NCBI RefSeq assembly: GCF_018350175.1
Contig: NC_058368.1
Span: forward strand, 176,762,001-176,826,000
Direction: 5' to 3'
Length of the DNA: 64,000 nt
From: Felis catus
Taxonomy: Eukaryota
Shown here: one piece after another, positions 26,248 through 39,695 of the stretch
Layout of the letters: every line of letters begins with the position of its first letter
Position numbering within the stretch: the first letter of the stretch is position 1
Made by a program: the position numbers and the translations under genes
The notes under the pieces: generated by a model
Seen by the model: only the letters and a program-made list of their open reading frames with translations
Database searches by the model: none
Told to the model about the DNA's origin: nothing

Positions 26248-27724
26248 AAAATAAGGAATGGTCTAGAGCAGGATTTTCAAGTATTTTGAAGTCTTGGAAC
26301 CCCCTGCTGTTGGCAGTGAGGACTGTGGGCAGTGGAAGAGGCCAGGCCCTATCAGAACCTTCACTGATGATTGCCTTGCGGACCCACAAGGTCTGGCAGT
26401 CGGACCTGTAGGCTGCTGGGTTACACCCTCCTTCATATATACAAGAGCTAAAGTGGTGCTGCCTAGTGGAAACCAAGGTAGAGAGACCCAGCCACCTCCC
26501 CAGGATCCTGGGGCTCCTTACAGGCCAATTTGGCCACTGGCTTAATCACTCCTAAAGTTCTCTGGACAAGTCATTGTGCAGGAGGCCTGAGCCGGGGCAA
26601 GAGGATCCTGTATAGAAATTTGGACACTCTCGTGGAAGTGAAAGAGTCCACAGCAGGCACGTTGCTGCACCTCTTGGCCCATTTGTATCTTCATTTGTAA
26701 AATGGAGGGGTTGATCCAGATTAGGGACGCTGAGTATACAGCACACATCCTACAATCCCCGTGCCCGTGGCAGACATTGTTAATAGATCACAGAACTCTG
26801 TCTTGCTGATGTGCCTTTCTTACAGCCTCTGCAGAACAGCCTCAGTCCCTTCTGCACCACTGGTGCCCTCTCTTTAGATATTTTTTTTTCCATCTCCCAG
26901 GTCATTCCAGACTGCCCACCAGCACTGTAGAGCCAGAAGAGGGCTTCCAGCTTGAGAAATGTTGTGGGCTCATTGGCCTGTAAACAACGGAACTCCGAAC
27001 CAAGTGAGAGTGGCAGTGGATTCCACTGAAACAGCACTGCCCTCATTCTCGAGCCTCCTTCTGGCCCCGTCACCGTGTCTGACATATCCACAACCCCCTG
27101 TGCTACATATTCTTAATTCAGTATTCTTCAGATTGACTCCATTTTTTTTACTTAAATTATTTTTAAAGGTGAGGCTTTCACTGTCTACCATAAATGGAAA
27201 ACTAGCACTTGCTAGAAATAGAAGGAAACTAAATAAAAAGGAAAAGGAAAAAGCCGTGTGTTCAAGTTGTTCCTGGCTAGTGTTGCCTGCCCTGAGCTGT
27301 CCCCTCTTTTCTGAGAAGAGACCAGCAAATGTTGGAGAAAGTGTTAAGAAGCCATTATTGCCAGCCTTCTGAAGGGAGGGGAATGTCAGAGACTAATTTT
27401 CCCTCTGTGGGATTCCCTGCAGCTTAGTGCTGAGATCCCGTATCAGCTAGTACCCTCTCGTGTGCCCTGAGCTCCTGTGGACCTTGAGACACAGTGATCT
27501 TAGGAAAGACCGTCACTTTGGAAAGCCCTTGGACCAGACCCTCCCCACCAAATCAAAGCTCTGGCCACTGCAATCCAGATCAAAATGTAATCACTTGGCC
27601 ATGACTCGTGCAGCAGCCCCACCCCTTCTAATAGTATCAGCTGGGACTTTAAGCTGGGTTCTTTGTCAACCCTAAAAACCCCACTGAATACATATGCAAA
27701 GCGAAGTGATGTTGGAGGATGTCG

Positions 27725-27747
27725 CCCCCCCCCCCCCCCCCCCCCCC
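27725..27747 (+). repeat. Poly(C)23 homopolymer
   Basis: Read directly. Confidence 0.9.
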
Positions 27748-29078
27748 GGTCTCAGAGATTTTATGCACAGGGCAGAAACACCTTCTCATGTTTTCGAGAG
27801 TTCATATGATGAAAGCAAGCGTCTGAGATCAGAGCACTCCTGAGGCAGGGCGACAGCTGCTTCATATCATGCTGCCCTGGGGCCGTAGTACTGGGGCCTT
27901 TCCAAAAGCTGCAGCCATGGCCGGTGGGTCTGCGGGGGATGGGGGTGACAGTTAACCAGGCTGCTGGGAGCTACCCAGGCGCTTGGCTTGTTTCAGACCA
28001 GCCACTGCTCCTGGAGTGTTTCAGGGGCCTCTAAAGCTTTGTTCTGATTTAAATCTTTATTCATGGACAGATTGGCCCCTTGGCTGTTGTCTCTTGGAAA
28101 TGGGGTCTAAATTCCTCCATGCTTAATGGGGGCCCTCCAGGCACTGGGAGCCCTCACCCCCTTGGGCCAGGGCTGGACCTGCCAGGTGAGGTGAGGGCAG
28201 AGGGCTTAGGGAGCACACATTGAATACCCTCCCTGGTGTCCCAGCCATAAACTGAGATTACAGCTAACACAGGTTCCATTTCTGGAGCTTAGAAAACAAA
28301 AACAAAAACAAAAAACCCATTTGATCTTACAATGCCGTAAGGTTGGATTTTTATCCCCATTTTTCAAAGAACAAAGAGGCTCAAAGAGGCTGAGGACTTA
28401 ACCCAACTCACGGTAAGGTCAGGACAAAGTCCCCCTCTGCCAACTCCCAACTTCCTCCCACCCCACACTCTCACCTGTGCCATCGGCTATGCTAGCACCC
28501 GGTAGGTGCTCTGTGATGTGGAAGGATATTCCAGAGGGATGGCCCCAGGACTGAGCCAGGGTAGTGAGAGAAGATGCTGTCCTGGGGCTCAAGGCAAGAA
28601 AGTGGGCCACAGACCCTTCTGTCTTCCTAGACTAGTGGCATCCTTTTTTCTGATTATAAAAGAAAATCTGAAAAATATGAGAAAACTTCAAGAACAGAAT
28701 AAAAAAAAGTCCTACATATTCCTGCCAACCCAAGCAAACCATATGTATGATATATGTATCTCACTGGCTTATCCACATAACACACACATTTATATGCCCT
28801 ACAGTCAATCTGCAGTATTTGTAAATTCCATATTTGGGAATTTGCCTACTTGGTAAAATTGATTCGTAATCCAGCATGAAAACGTACCACAGTTTTGTGG
28901 TCGCTTGCAGATGATGGGCATGTGCACAGCAGCAAAAACACACAGTGTGCGTGTTCCCAGCTGAGGTTAGACAGGACGACATTCTGCCCTCTGGTTTCAG
29001 CTCTTATACGCTAAACAAGTGTCTTTTTCATAATCTCTTTAGTGCCATTTTTTTTTGTACTTTTGTTGATTATTTCAC

Positions 29079-29288
29079 TTTTTTTTTTAATGTTTATTTT
29101 TGAGAGACAGAGAGAAAGAGAGTGCAAGCGGGGGAGGGGCAGACAGCGAGGGAGACCCAGAATCTGAAGTAGGCTCCAGGCTCCGAGCTGTCACCGCAGA
29201 GCCTGACGCAGGACTCGAACCCACAAGCTGTGAGATCATGACCTGAGCTGAAGTCAGACATTTAACCGACTGAGCCACCCAGGCGCCC
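29079..29288 (-). mobile_element. CAN-SINE (antisense)
   Basis: Canonical body; TSD ttatttcac. Confidence 0.9.
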
Positions 29289-29473
29289 GGTTATTTCACA
29301 TTTTAAAATGACCCCAAACATAGTGCTAAAGTGCCGTCTAGCGTTCCTAAGCTGAGAAAGGCTGTGATGTGTCATAGCAGAGAAAATACACGTGTTAGAT
29401 AAGCTTCATTTAGGCATGAGATATAGTATCACTGGCCCAGAGTTCAGTATTAATGAATTTATAATATACATTA

Positions 29474-29686
29474 GGGGCGCCTGGGTGGCGCAGTCGGTTA
29501 AGCGTCCGACTTCAGCCAGGTCACGATCTCGCGGTCCAGGAGTTCGAGCCCCGCGTCGGGCTCTGGGCTGATGGCTCAGAGCCTGGAGCCTGTTTCCGAT
29601 TCTGTGTCTCCCTCTCTCTCTGCCCCTCCCCGTTCATGCTCTGTCTCTCTCTGTCCCAAAAATAAATAAACGTTGAAAAAAAAAAT
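29474..29686 (+). mobile_element. Young feline CAN-SINE
   Basis: CpG-intact body; perfect 16-bp TSD tttataatatacatta. Confidence 0.94.
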
Positions 29687-32600
29687 TTTATAATATACAT
29701 TAAATAAGGTGTCTTTACACAGAAACAGCCAGGCTATATACTGACTGGTTAATGAAAACGTTGGAACCAGAACCTTCAGGATCCTAATCTTGTAGTTCCC
29801 CAGGAGCAGTGGTTCAGTATTTGCTAAATCAGTGTTCACAAAAGACTTTACAGAACATAACTACCACAAATGATGTATATGCATGCACACACATACGTTT
29901 ATATACAGTACGTATAACTTTGTCAAGGTGGAGATTACATTTTTTTAGCCTGTTCTTTTTACCTAAGATAGTGCCTGAACTTTCTTCTGTACATCGTAGA
30001 ATTCTTTTCGTTGCATAAAAACTCTCTTCTCGCCAAAAGGGGGATTAACTGGAAGGCCCAGGCCCCTGTCGTGCGTCATAGAAGCCATGGGTGGGCAGGC
30101 GGGCCCTGGAAGCAGGAACTGAAGCACTGGCGGGGGCCAAGCAGGGCTCTCCCTCTCTCTCCTTTCTGTGCCTTCCCTTCATTTGTCCCTTTCTGCACAC
30201 TAAGCGCCCTCATAAAGTGTGGAGGTGCTCAGGCTGCAGCCAACCCCCTGGCTGGAGCTGACATGTGGTCTGATTCTAGATACCTGAGAGAGAGAAGCTG
30301 ATTGGCCCGCCCTGGATCAGTTGTGGCCAGTTGTGGCCATGAGACCGGCAGGACAGGTGGTGCTTCTCAAGTGGGGGGTCCAAGAAGGACTCTCAGCATC
30401 TATCAGAGGGCTTTTTTTTTTTTCTGTCTTCTGAGAGCAGTCTAAGTTGAGAAAAGTAGCTTCTAGAAGCCTCAGAACAGAGTAGTCCTCAGAATACAGG
30501 GGTCCCTGTGGCCAAGGCCCCACCCAACACCATCCATGAGCAGATGGGGTTCTTCATCCTTTGTGAGGTACCTCCTGGCAAGGTTAGACTGACCTAGGAC
30601 TCCTGGGACAGTCTTCACCCCTTGGTAAGGAGGAAAGGCCAGGGTGGGTAAAGCCTGGCACCAGGCAGGCTCACAGGTATGTGGTGACCCTGCATTTGGG
30701 CCAGACACAGAACTCCCCTCCACTGAGGCTGAGGCTCAGGGTGGGGGTAGGAGGTGGCGGGTGCCTTCCCCACAGATATTCACAGGGAGGGGACAGAGCC
30801 CTGACTCATCTGACAGCTAGAAAATGTGTGCCCTGGCTCAGGTGAGCTGGGCCTGTGTTCCCAGGCCACGCAGGGGCCAGTCCTTCTGACCCTCATGGGG
30901 CCTGGAGAAGACAGTAGAAGAGGCAGGGCCCTGGAGGGGGTGGAGAGATGGGGGCAGGTGGGCGGGTTGTGGGAGGCGCATCTGTAGAGGCAGTGAGCAG
31001 AGACCAGGTCTCCCTCAGCTTTGTGTCCCTGGGTTTAGCTCACCGTGCTGAGGGCAATGGTGCCTTCTCTACACCGACCATTTACCGCGTGCAGGCACCA
31101 TGCTAGGCACCCTGTGTGCACGTTCTCGTGTCATCATCACCCCAACTCTGAGGTTGCAACTATTGTGATCCTCATTTCTTCCAGAGAGGGAGCTGAGTCA
31201 CAGAGAGTTCAAACCACTTTCCCAAGACCACGCAGCTAGTTGAGTAGTTGAAAGCAGAGGTGAATCAGGGCCGTCTTAACTCCTGAATCCCACAGCCTCC
31301 TGGTGGGCTCTCAAAAACAGAAGAACCAGCATGCATTTTCCTGTAGGCCCACAGTCCAGCTGCAGTCCAGCTGCCGGGGTGGAGGCCTGATTCCCTGGTG
31401 CAGCAAGGCCATCGGGGTTAGAGGCAACCTGGATCAGAGTCCTCATTTTGAACTGCAGAGCTCGTGACCTCAGGCAGGTCACTGCACTTGTGTGCCTCCG
31501 TTGGTGGCTAGGAAAATGTGAGACGTGTTATCCTAGCCTGCGGGCTCTGGGGAATTTGGGAGACACCACGGCCCAGCCATGTGCCCAACTCTACCCCAAG
31601 CACCCTGGTCATGGTATACCCTGCCCCCACAGCCCTCCCCTCCACCAGTCCATCTCTGTACTGACTTAGAGGAAGTGAAGAAACCCAGCACTTCTGGGCC
31701 TGGTGGGAACCCGGGCCTGGGGAGTCTGGGCTTTGTGAATCACGCAGGCCTGACTGCTGAGGTTGAATAAGAAGGGGGTTCCATGGTGGCTAATTCCAGT
31801 TTAAGGCCTCCTGTGAGGGAGCAGGAGGAAACCCTTGGGGGCCCTCAGACACCAGTGTGGTCTCTGCTTCCTCATTCCCAGAGGGAAGGAGTCCCGGCTG
31901 CTGGGGGAGACTCTCTGCTCCAGGCAGACGGGTCGGTGGGAGGGGTTGTGAAGCAGGGTACGGAGCACAGAGGATAGGCGAGCCTGAGGGACCATCTAAG
32001 AGACACGGCTAGACCAGGCTCCCTTCCCACAGACCTCAGGCCTGCCTCGGGCAGGCATTGCCACCTGTGAGAGCTTGACCACCTGGTATCTCCGTCTCTT
32101 TCTCATTTTTTCATGAAGCATAGATTTTCCACTGTGCTCAGAGCTGGGCATACAGCACCCGGGGAACAAGACAGGCATTGTCTCTTCTGTCAAGAAACTT
32201 AGAACCTAGAGGGAAAGCAGACACCTAGCAATTGCAGTAAAGCTTAACTGACATGAGGAAACGGTGATGGGGAAACAGGTACCAAAGGAGACATGTAGCA
32301 GGGAGACCCAACCCAGTATTGGTGGGGAAGGAGCAGTCCGAGAGGGCTTTCCGGAAGAAGTAGCATTTGAACGATGCCCTGTTAGCAGACTTCTAGAATA
32401 GCCCACATTCTGAATTTGTCTGACTGTTTCCTCATGGTGTCATTTAGCTTGTTCCCCATCCTCTTTTGTTTTCTGTAAATTGGAAGTTAGGTCAAGAGGC
32501 TTGAGATTCAGGTTCAACATTTGGGCGACAGTACTTGACAGAAGATTTTCTTGATTCCACGTTGCATCACCTCGGGGGCCGCGCGGTGCCTGCTTGCCTC

Positions 32601-33229
32601 TATTGGTAATGCTGGGTTTGGTCACCTGGCTCCAGTTTGACTGCCAGATCTCCATTGAAACGGTACATTTGTCCCCTTGCTGGGAGAGTAATCCGTGGGG
32701 TGATCCTTTCACCGTCTGACTACCCTGATCAACAGCCTTTCACCCGGTGGTTCCGTTTCCATCCAGAGTGGCTGTGCCATCTTGCTTTCCCACCAATGTG
32801 TGAGAGTTCTGGTGACCACACACTTTTGTCAGCATTTGTTTTCAGTAGTTTTTTGTTTGTTCTTGTCAGCAATTTTTATTCTAGCCATTCTGGTAGATAC
32901 GTGGTGATATCTCATCATGGTTTCGGCGTGCCTTTCTCTGATGGTTAATGATGTCAGGCATCCTCTCATGTATGTCTTTGCATCCGTATATTCTCTGTGG
33001 TGAAGGGTCTGTTTAAATCTCTTGTCCATCTTGTGATCACGTTGGTTGTTTCCTTACTGTTGAGTTTTGAGAGTTTAAAAAAAAAAAAAACATGCTCTGG
33101 ATACAAATCCTTTCTTGGATATGCAGCACATGTTTTGAAGGCTGTACCAGGGAGACCATTTCAGTGTCATTTCCAGAGGAACGTGACATGGACTATATAA
33201 ATCTGCTTTTGTTAAAAATTATTTTTTTA

Positions 33230-33474
33230 GGGGCACCTGGGTGGCTCAGTCGGTCAAGTGTCTGACTTCGGCTCAGGTCGCAATCTCACGGCTCGTGGGT
33301 TCGAGCCCTGCATCGGGCTCTGTGCTGACAGCTCAGACCTAGAGGCTGTTTCAGATTCTGTGTCTCCCTCTCTCTCTGTCCCTGCCCTGCTCACACTCTG
33401 TCTCTCTCTCTCTCTGTCTCTCTCTGTCTCTCTCTCTCTCTCAAGGGTAAATAAACATCAAAAAACCCTTTTTT
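33230..33474 (+). mobile_element. CAN-SINE
   Basis: Canonical body with long CT tract; TSD aattattttttta. Confidence 0.9.
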
Positions 33475-33531
33475 AATTATTTTTTTAATTGTGATAAAAT
33501 ATATATGACATAACATTTGACCATTTCAACC

Positions 33532-33779
33532 TTTTTTTTTGTTTCTTTTTGCTTTTTTTAAATTTTTTTTAATTTTTCTTTTTTTAATGTTTATTTATTT
33601 TTGAGACAGAGAGCATGAACGGGGCGGGGCAGAGAGAGAGGGAGACACAGAATGGGAAGCAGGCTCCAGGCTCTGAGCCATCAGTCCAGAGCCCGACGCG
33701 GGGCTCGAACTCACGGACCGCGAGATCGTGACCTGAGCTGAAGTCGGACGCTTAACCGACTGAGCCACCCAGGCGCCCC
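33532..33779 (-). mobile_element. CAN-SINE (antisense) inside an old antisense L1 3' end
   Basis: Long T-rich tail and CpG-rich body; TSD tcaacc(t/g)ttttt. Confidence 0.92.
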
Positions 33780-33938
33780 TCAACCGTTTTTAAGTGTCCC
33801 GTTCAGTGGCATTAGGTGCATTCGCTTTGTTGTGCAACTGCTACCACCATCTGTCTCCAGACCTTTTATTTTTTCATTAACACTTATATTTTCATTTAAC
33901 ACCATTGAACACTAACTCCCCATTTCCCCACCCCATCC

Positions 33939-34080
33939 NNNNNNNNNNNNNNNNNNNNNNNNNNNNNNNNNNNNNNNNNNNNNNNNNNNNNNNNNNNNNN
34001 NNNNNNNNNNNNNNNNNNNNNNNNNNNNNNNNNNNNNNNNNNNNNNNNNNNNNNNNNNNNNNNNNNNNNNNNNNNNNNNN
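33939..34080. other. Assembly gap (N run)
   Basis: 142 N, lying within L1-like sequence. Confidence 0.99.
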
Positions 34081-34263
34081 TAGCATGTGTCAGAATGCCC
34101 TCCCTTTTTAAGGCTGAGTGATATTCCACTGTATGTATACAACACATTTTGTTCCTCATTTGGCTGTTGTGAATAATGCTGCCATGAAGAAGTCGGCTTT
34201 TAATTCCTTCAACGGCAGGCCACAGAGCCTTAACTGGATTTGGGATATAATCTAAAAGTCGTT

Positions 34264-34478
34264 GGGGCGCCGGGGTGGCTCAGCCGGTTAAGCGTCCGAC
34301 TTTGGCTCAGGTCATGATCTCACAGTCCGTGAGTTCGAGCCCCGCATCGGGCTCTGTGCTGACCTCTCGGAGCCTGGAGCCTGTTTCAGATTCTGTTTCT
34401 CCCTCTCTCTCTGACCCTCCCCCGTTCATGCTCTGTCTCTCTCTGTCTCAAAAATGAATAAACGTTAAAAAAAAAATT
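34264..34478 (+). mobile_element. CAN-SINE
   Basis: Canonical body; TSD taaaagtcg. Confidence 0.92.
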
Positions 34479-35485
34479 TAAAAGTCGAGGTCAGATATGT
34501 TAGGATTGCTTTGGTTGCAAGTAATACAAACTAAAACTGGCTTACACAAGAAAGGGAAGGTTTTGGCTTGTGTCCATGAAATGACCGGGACGCTGGATCC
34601 AGGGGTTCAAATGATGTCACAGGACTCAGGCCCTCTCTGTCCCTCTTGGCTGCTTGCTTCTGTGTGGCAGGTGCTTCCCACATGGTTCTCCCAGCTAGCT
34701 GTCACAGTAGGGAAGAGGGGCTCTTCCCTGATCATGCCATCAAAAGTCCCAGAATTGAGTCTCATTGGCCTGGTTTGGGTCATGTGCCCATCCCTGAAGC
34801 ATTGTGGAGGCCAGGGGTACACAGTAGTCTGGGACACCCACCCATTCCCTGTCACAAAGACCCGGTGGCGGCAGAGGAGTGATCTTCCAAGGGAAATCAG
34901 GTGCTGTTACCAAGAGGAGTAAAGAACCAGAGAAGCAGTAATGTGTCAGACAGCTGCTATGCAGGAAAGACTGTTTGCACATGTCCTGTGTGCCAGGCAT
35001 CGGGCAAAGCCCCATGTACCTTAGTGATTACAGTGAGTCCTCAAGGGCAAGTAGAGAGAAGGACACTGCGGCCAGAGAGGTTGGTGCGTGTGAGTCTCAC
35101 CCAGCAACAGGGCTGGCATTAGAAGCCAGTGAGTATGCCCTTTCACCCACCCCAAACCCTGGGCAAGACCAAAACCCTGCACTGGGGCAATGCTTGTTAA
35201 AAATTAGATGTGTGCCTAAAAATGCAGACATTAAATTGTGTTCACAGGTTGGTTCCGCTAAGCCAATTAGGCCTGCTGCAGAGTCCTTGTACCATATGTA
35301 CAGAACTTTAAAAACTATAAACAAGAGATCGAAAATGAATTGTGTAAGCAGAATTTTTTTCCATTTATGGGAATGTTTTTCTTACTGGTTTTCAGAAAAC
35401 AATGAAACTTTGATGGTCAACCTTTTTTTTTTCCCCTTTTTTTTTTTTAGTTCACTCAACGAGCTTTATTTTGATACTCGCTTTA

Positions 35486-35693
35486 TTTTTTTTTTTTTTA
35501 ACATTTATGCATTTTCGAGAGACAGAGTGTGAGTGGGGCAGAGGCAGAGAGAAAGGGAGACCCAGAATCTGAAGCGGACTCCAGGCTCTGAGCTGACAAC
35601 AGAGAGCCCGACGCGGTGCTCGAACTCACGGACCGTGCGATCATGGCCTGAGCTGAAGTCGGATGCTTAACTGTCTGAGCCACCCAGGCGCCC
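35486..35693 (-). mobile_element. CAN-SINE (antisense) with extended 3' segment
   Basis: ctgagccacccaggcgccc head; poly-T tail; see findings. Confidence 0.9.
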
Positions 35694-35899
35694 TTTTTCC
35701 CTTGTTTTTTAATCCCCATTAGTATTATTCTTGACATATGGTCATCCAGACTTTGCTTAAGCATCCCCCAGTGACAAGACTTTTGGTATGGTATTCTCTG
35801 GGCCTTAATTTACCCATCTGGATGTTGGGCCATTGGATTGGCTGTGTCCCTCTCAGTGACAGAAAAGCCTCCTTAGTGATGTCCCTGCTCCTTGTCAAA

Positions 35900-36524
35900 C
35901 CATTTTTCACACAGCAGCCAGAAGGATACATAGGAAAACTTTTTTTGAAACATACGTTCAATCATGTCACACACACACACCCCACCCTTTGCAACTCCTT
36001 AACAGAATAAAAGCCCATCTCCTCCCTGTGACCTGCAAGCCCCTCGTAATGCCACTGGTGCTTGCCTCCCAGCCCCAGCCTCCTTCCTCCCCCGACTCTG
36101 CTTGCCATGACGGCCTTCCTGCACCTCAGACATGTCCTGAACCATCCGGCATCCGCATCTTTGTTCATCCTTTTCTTTCTGCCTGGAATACTCTTCTCTC
36201 AGTTCTTCTCCCTGCCAGCTCCTTGTCCCTCAGGTCTCCGTTCAAAGCCTGCTTGCCCCAGTGGGACTTCCCTTCCGGGGACCCTCATCCACCCCAGCCT
36301 CCCCCATTGTACAATCATACCAGACTTTGGGTCCTTCCTAAGCACTGACTGGAACTTATAATTCATACGTACTTGCTTGTCTGCTGGTCTGTTGCCCATC
36401 TTTCCATTTCCCAAGGGCAAGGTCTAGGTCGCTCTTGCTCTTCATTACGTCCCAGCACCCAGAGAGTGCCTAGCACACAAGAGGTACTTAATAAATGTCA
36501 TAGAGTGAATGAATGAATGAATGA
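35900..36524 (+). mobile_element. L2 remnant ending in (TGAA)n
   Basis: gtgcctagcacacaagaggtacttaataaatg...tgaatgaatgaatgaatga. Confidence 0.6.
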
Positions 36525-38611
36525 CAAATGGGAGCCATTCAGAATCTCTGTGCCGGAGTCTTGATGAACAGAATGGATGTCTTTTTCATAAAACTGACAA
36601 CTATCTGGATGGCTTTGGAGACAGTTCTTTTTTGTCAGAAAATCACCTTTCCGAGGTGACTCCTAAAGGATGTCTTGACCTGTTCTTTGGCTCCATGAGG
36701 TTCCCAGGACCAGGGAGCACCAACAAGGGAGGGGGGTGGGCCCAGATGCCCAAATCTCTGATGTTGAAATAGCCTGTTTTTATGAACAGGGTGGGACAGG
36801 CCCTGGGGAATCAGAGTGCGGGGTACTAAAGTTTCTTGAACTTTTCCTTTCTGCCAGGCAAAGAGCTCAGAGATTTGCCTCTTATAATCATCGTAACAAT
36901 GTGTGAGATGGGCTTACTGACCCCATTTTACAGCTAAGGAGGCTGTGGCCCCAAGGTTAGGAAATTGTGTGAGTCTAGAGCCCAGGTTTCTTCCTCTCCA
37001 TCATGCTTCTTTGAAATAAAATCCATGTTGGATTTGGAGAGGTCATTCGTGGTGGACTTAGCTTGGCACTCAAGGGCACTTCCCACCTTGTCCTGAATTA
37101 CCTTTCCATTATTCATTTCTTCTACCTGTGAGACCCTGGTGTTCACACTGGTCCCTGGCTCCAGCCCCCCATGGTTTCTCCACCCTGTTCCATTTTGAAT
37201 GGAAGTTTCCTTGTAAAGTTTCCACATCGTTCAAAGTGCACCATGATGACTCCAAGCTTCAGAGAGCTCTCTCCTACCTCCCATCCTGCCTCGGTCAGGA
37301 CTAGATTACCTATGTCAAAAACCCAACTTAAACTGGCTTCAGAAATAATTCGAGAGGACAGGTTTGGCCCAAGGTTTCTCGGCTCAGTAAACTTGACAGA
37401 CCAGGAGTAGATTGAGCTTCAAGCAGAACTGGATCTAACGGTTCGACTGTGTTCCCAGGAACCTGCTGATGTTGGCATCCTTGCAGGCAGTAGTGAGATG
37501 GCCCGCAGCAGCTCCAGATCTACTGCCTAGCAGCCTAGCAACTTCAAAGAAAAGACAGCTTGTCTTTTTTAAGGGTTGGAGCAAAAGAGCCGACTCTTGC
37601 TGGCTCTGATTGGCCCAGCACAGGTCACGTGCTCATTTCTCAACCAATCACCATGGATCATGAATGGCACCCACCTCTGTATCTAAGGCACTGTGCTGGG
37701 GTGGGGAAGGAGGTTCCCAGGAGAAAAGTCAAAAAAGCTTTGGTGGGAAGAAAAGGGAATCAGAACTGGGCAAAAAATAACAGGTGTGCACTGCCCACAG
37801 GTTATTTTCATTTACGTATGTGTTGTCCCTCCAGCCACTCCTCAGCTCATGACCTCCATCACCGTCGAGCCCATCGTGTTTATACAGCATTTCCGCCTTT
37901 CCAAAGAGCTTTCACATACATCCTTTTTAATTGTCCAGGTGGTGTGCGGGGCCACGAGGTACCGCCTCTGACCAGCTGCCACCTCAGTTTGCCCAAATTT
38001 GTCATCATATATTATTTTCTGCATGTGCCGTGACTTGTGACAATGATTGGAAACATGGCCCTGTGGTTGCCCCCCCCCCCCCCCCCATCGTCGATCGCGT
38101 GAGATCCTTACACTGTCACCCTGAACAGATGCTGTCAGACCAATTCACCAATGAGGAAACATACCTGGAGGGAGAAAATGACTTGGCCCCAGGCCCCTAA
38201 CTGGTGGCAGTGGCGTGAGGCTTAGCTTATGAGGAATACCAGAGCGCTAAGAGCCATAGGTCTCTGCGACTTTTGACAAAAGGCAAAGTGTTAAGAATGA
38301 CTGGAAAAATAGCCAGCCCCGTGGCTCTCTGGATTGAGTGGAAAGCAAGAAGTCCCTGCAGTGCTGAAAATAACACTATCTCCCGAGATGAGCAGGGTGT
38401 TAATGTTTTCCATTCTTGATTTCACTTAATCCTTTGTATAATTCTCAGAGGTGGGAGTTATACCCATACTGTTGAGGAAGCTGAGGCCCAGAGAAAGCAA
38501 GTAACTTCTCCAAAGCCACACAGCAGGTCAGCAGCAGAACTTAGATTCAAACCCAGGTCTTTCTGACAGCCCTGTGCTTTACTCCAGAGTCCTGGAGATG
38601 GAAGAGCTCCC

Positions 38612-39695
38612 CGCCCCCACCCCCAACTCTTTCCTTTCATTTAAATCCAAGTTAGTTAACATGTAATGTAATAATGACTGCAGGAATAGAATGTAGTGAT
38701 TCATCACTCACATATCACACCCAGTGCTCGTCCCAATAAGTGTCTTCCTTAATGCCCCTTGTCCCTTTAGCCCATCTTCCCACCCAACACCCTGTCAGCA
38801 GTCCTGAGTTTGTTCTCTGTATTTAAGAGCCTCTTATGGTTTGTCTCCCTCCCTGTTTTTATATTATTTAATTTTTTTAACATTTATTTATTTTTGAGAG
38901 ACAGAGACAGAGCATGAGCAGGGGAGGGGCAGAGAGAGAGGGAGACACAGAATCTGAAGCAGGCTCCAGGCTCCGAGCTGTCAGCACAGAGCCTGACGCG
39001 GGGCTGGAACCCACAGACCGTGAGATAATGACCTGAGCCAAAGTCGGACCCTCAACCGACTGAGCCACCCAGGCGCCCCTGTTTTTATATTATTTTTCCT
39101 TCCCTTCCCTTATGTTCATCTGTTTTGTGTCTTAAATTCCACATATGAGTGAAATCATATGGTATTTGTCTTTTTCTGACTGATTTCACTTAGCATAATA
39201 CCCTCTAGTTCCATCCATGTAGTTGCAAATGGCAAGATTTCATTCTCTTCGATTGCCGAGTAATACTCCATTGTATATATATACCACATCTTCTTCATCC
39301 ATTCATCCGCCGATGGACATTTGGGCTCTTTCCGTACTTTGTATTGTCAATAGCATTGCTATAAACATTGAAGTGCGTGTGCCCCTTTGAATCAGCACTC
39401 CTGTATCCTTTGGATAAATGCCTAGTAGTGCAATTGCTGGGTCATAGCAATTTAATTTTTTGAGGAACCTCCATACTGTTTTCCAGAGTGGCTGCACCAG
39501 TTTGCCTTCCCACCAGCAGTGCAATAGGCTTCCTCTTTCTCTGCATCCTGGTCAACATCTCTTGTTGCCTGAGTTGTTCATTTTAGCCATTCTGACAAGG
39601 GTGAGGTGGTATCTCATTGTGGTTTTGATTTGTATTTTCCCTGATGAGGAGTGACACTGAGCATCTTTTCACGTGTGTGTTCGCCATCTGGATGT
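38612..39695 (-). mobile_element. 5'-truncated carnivore L1 (ORF2 C-terminus and 3' UTR), antisense
   Basis: ORF 39303..39524 [23 protein letters not shown] is the L1 ORF2 C-terminal motif; carnivore-type 3' UTR; candidate TSD tggaagag(c/a)tccc. Confidence 0.88.
38870..39079 (-). mobile_element. CAN-SINE (antisense) nested in L1
   Basis: Perfect TSD tgtttttatattattt. Confidence 0.93.

Larger units (their letters stand above)
28802..29875. mobile_element. MER82-like TcMar-Tigger DNA transposon interrupted by two SINEs
   Basis: ta|cagtcaatc start; gttcccagctgaggtt, ctagcgttcctaag, gtgttagataagctt, aataaggtgtcttta, cagaacataactacc. Confidence 0.75.
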
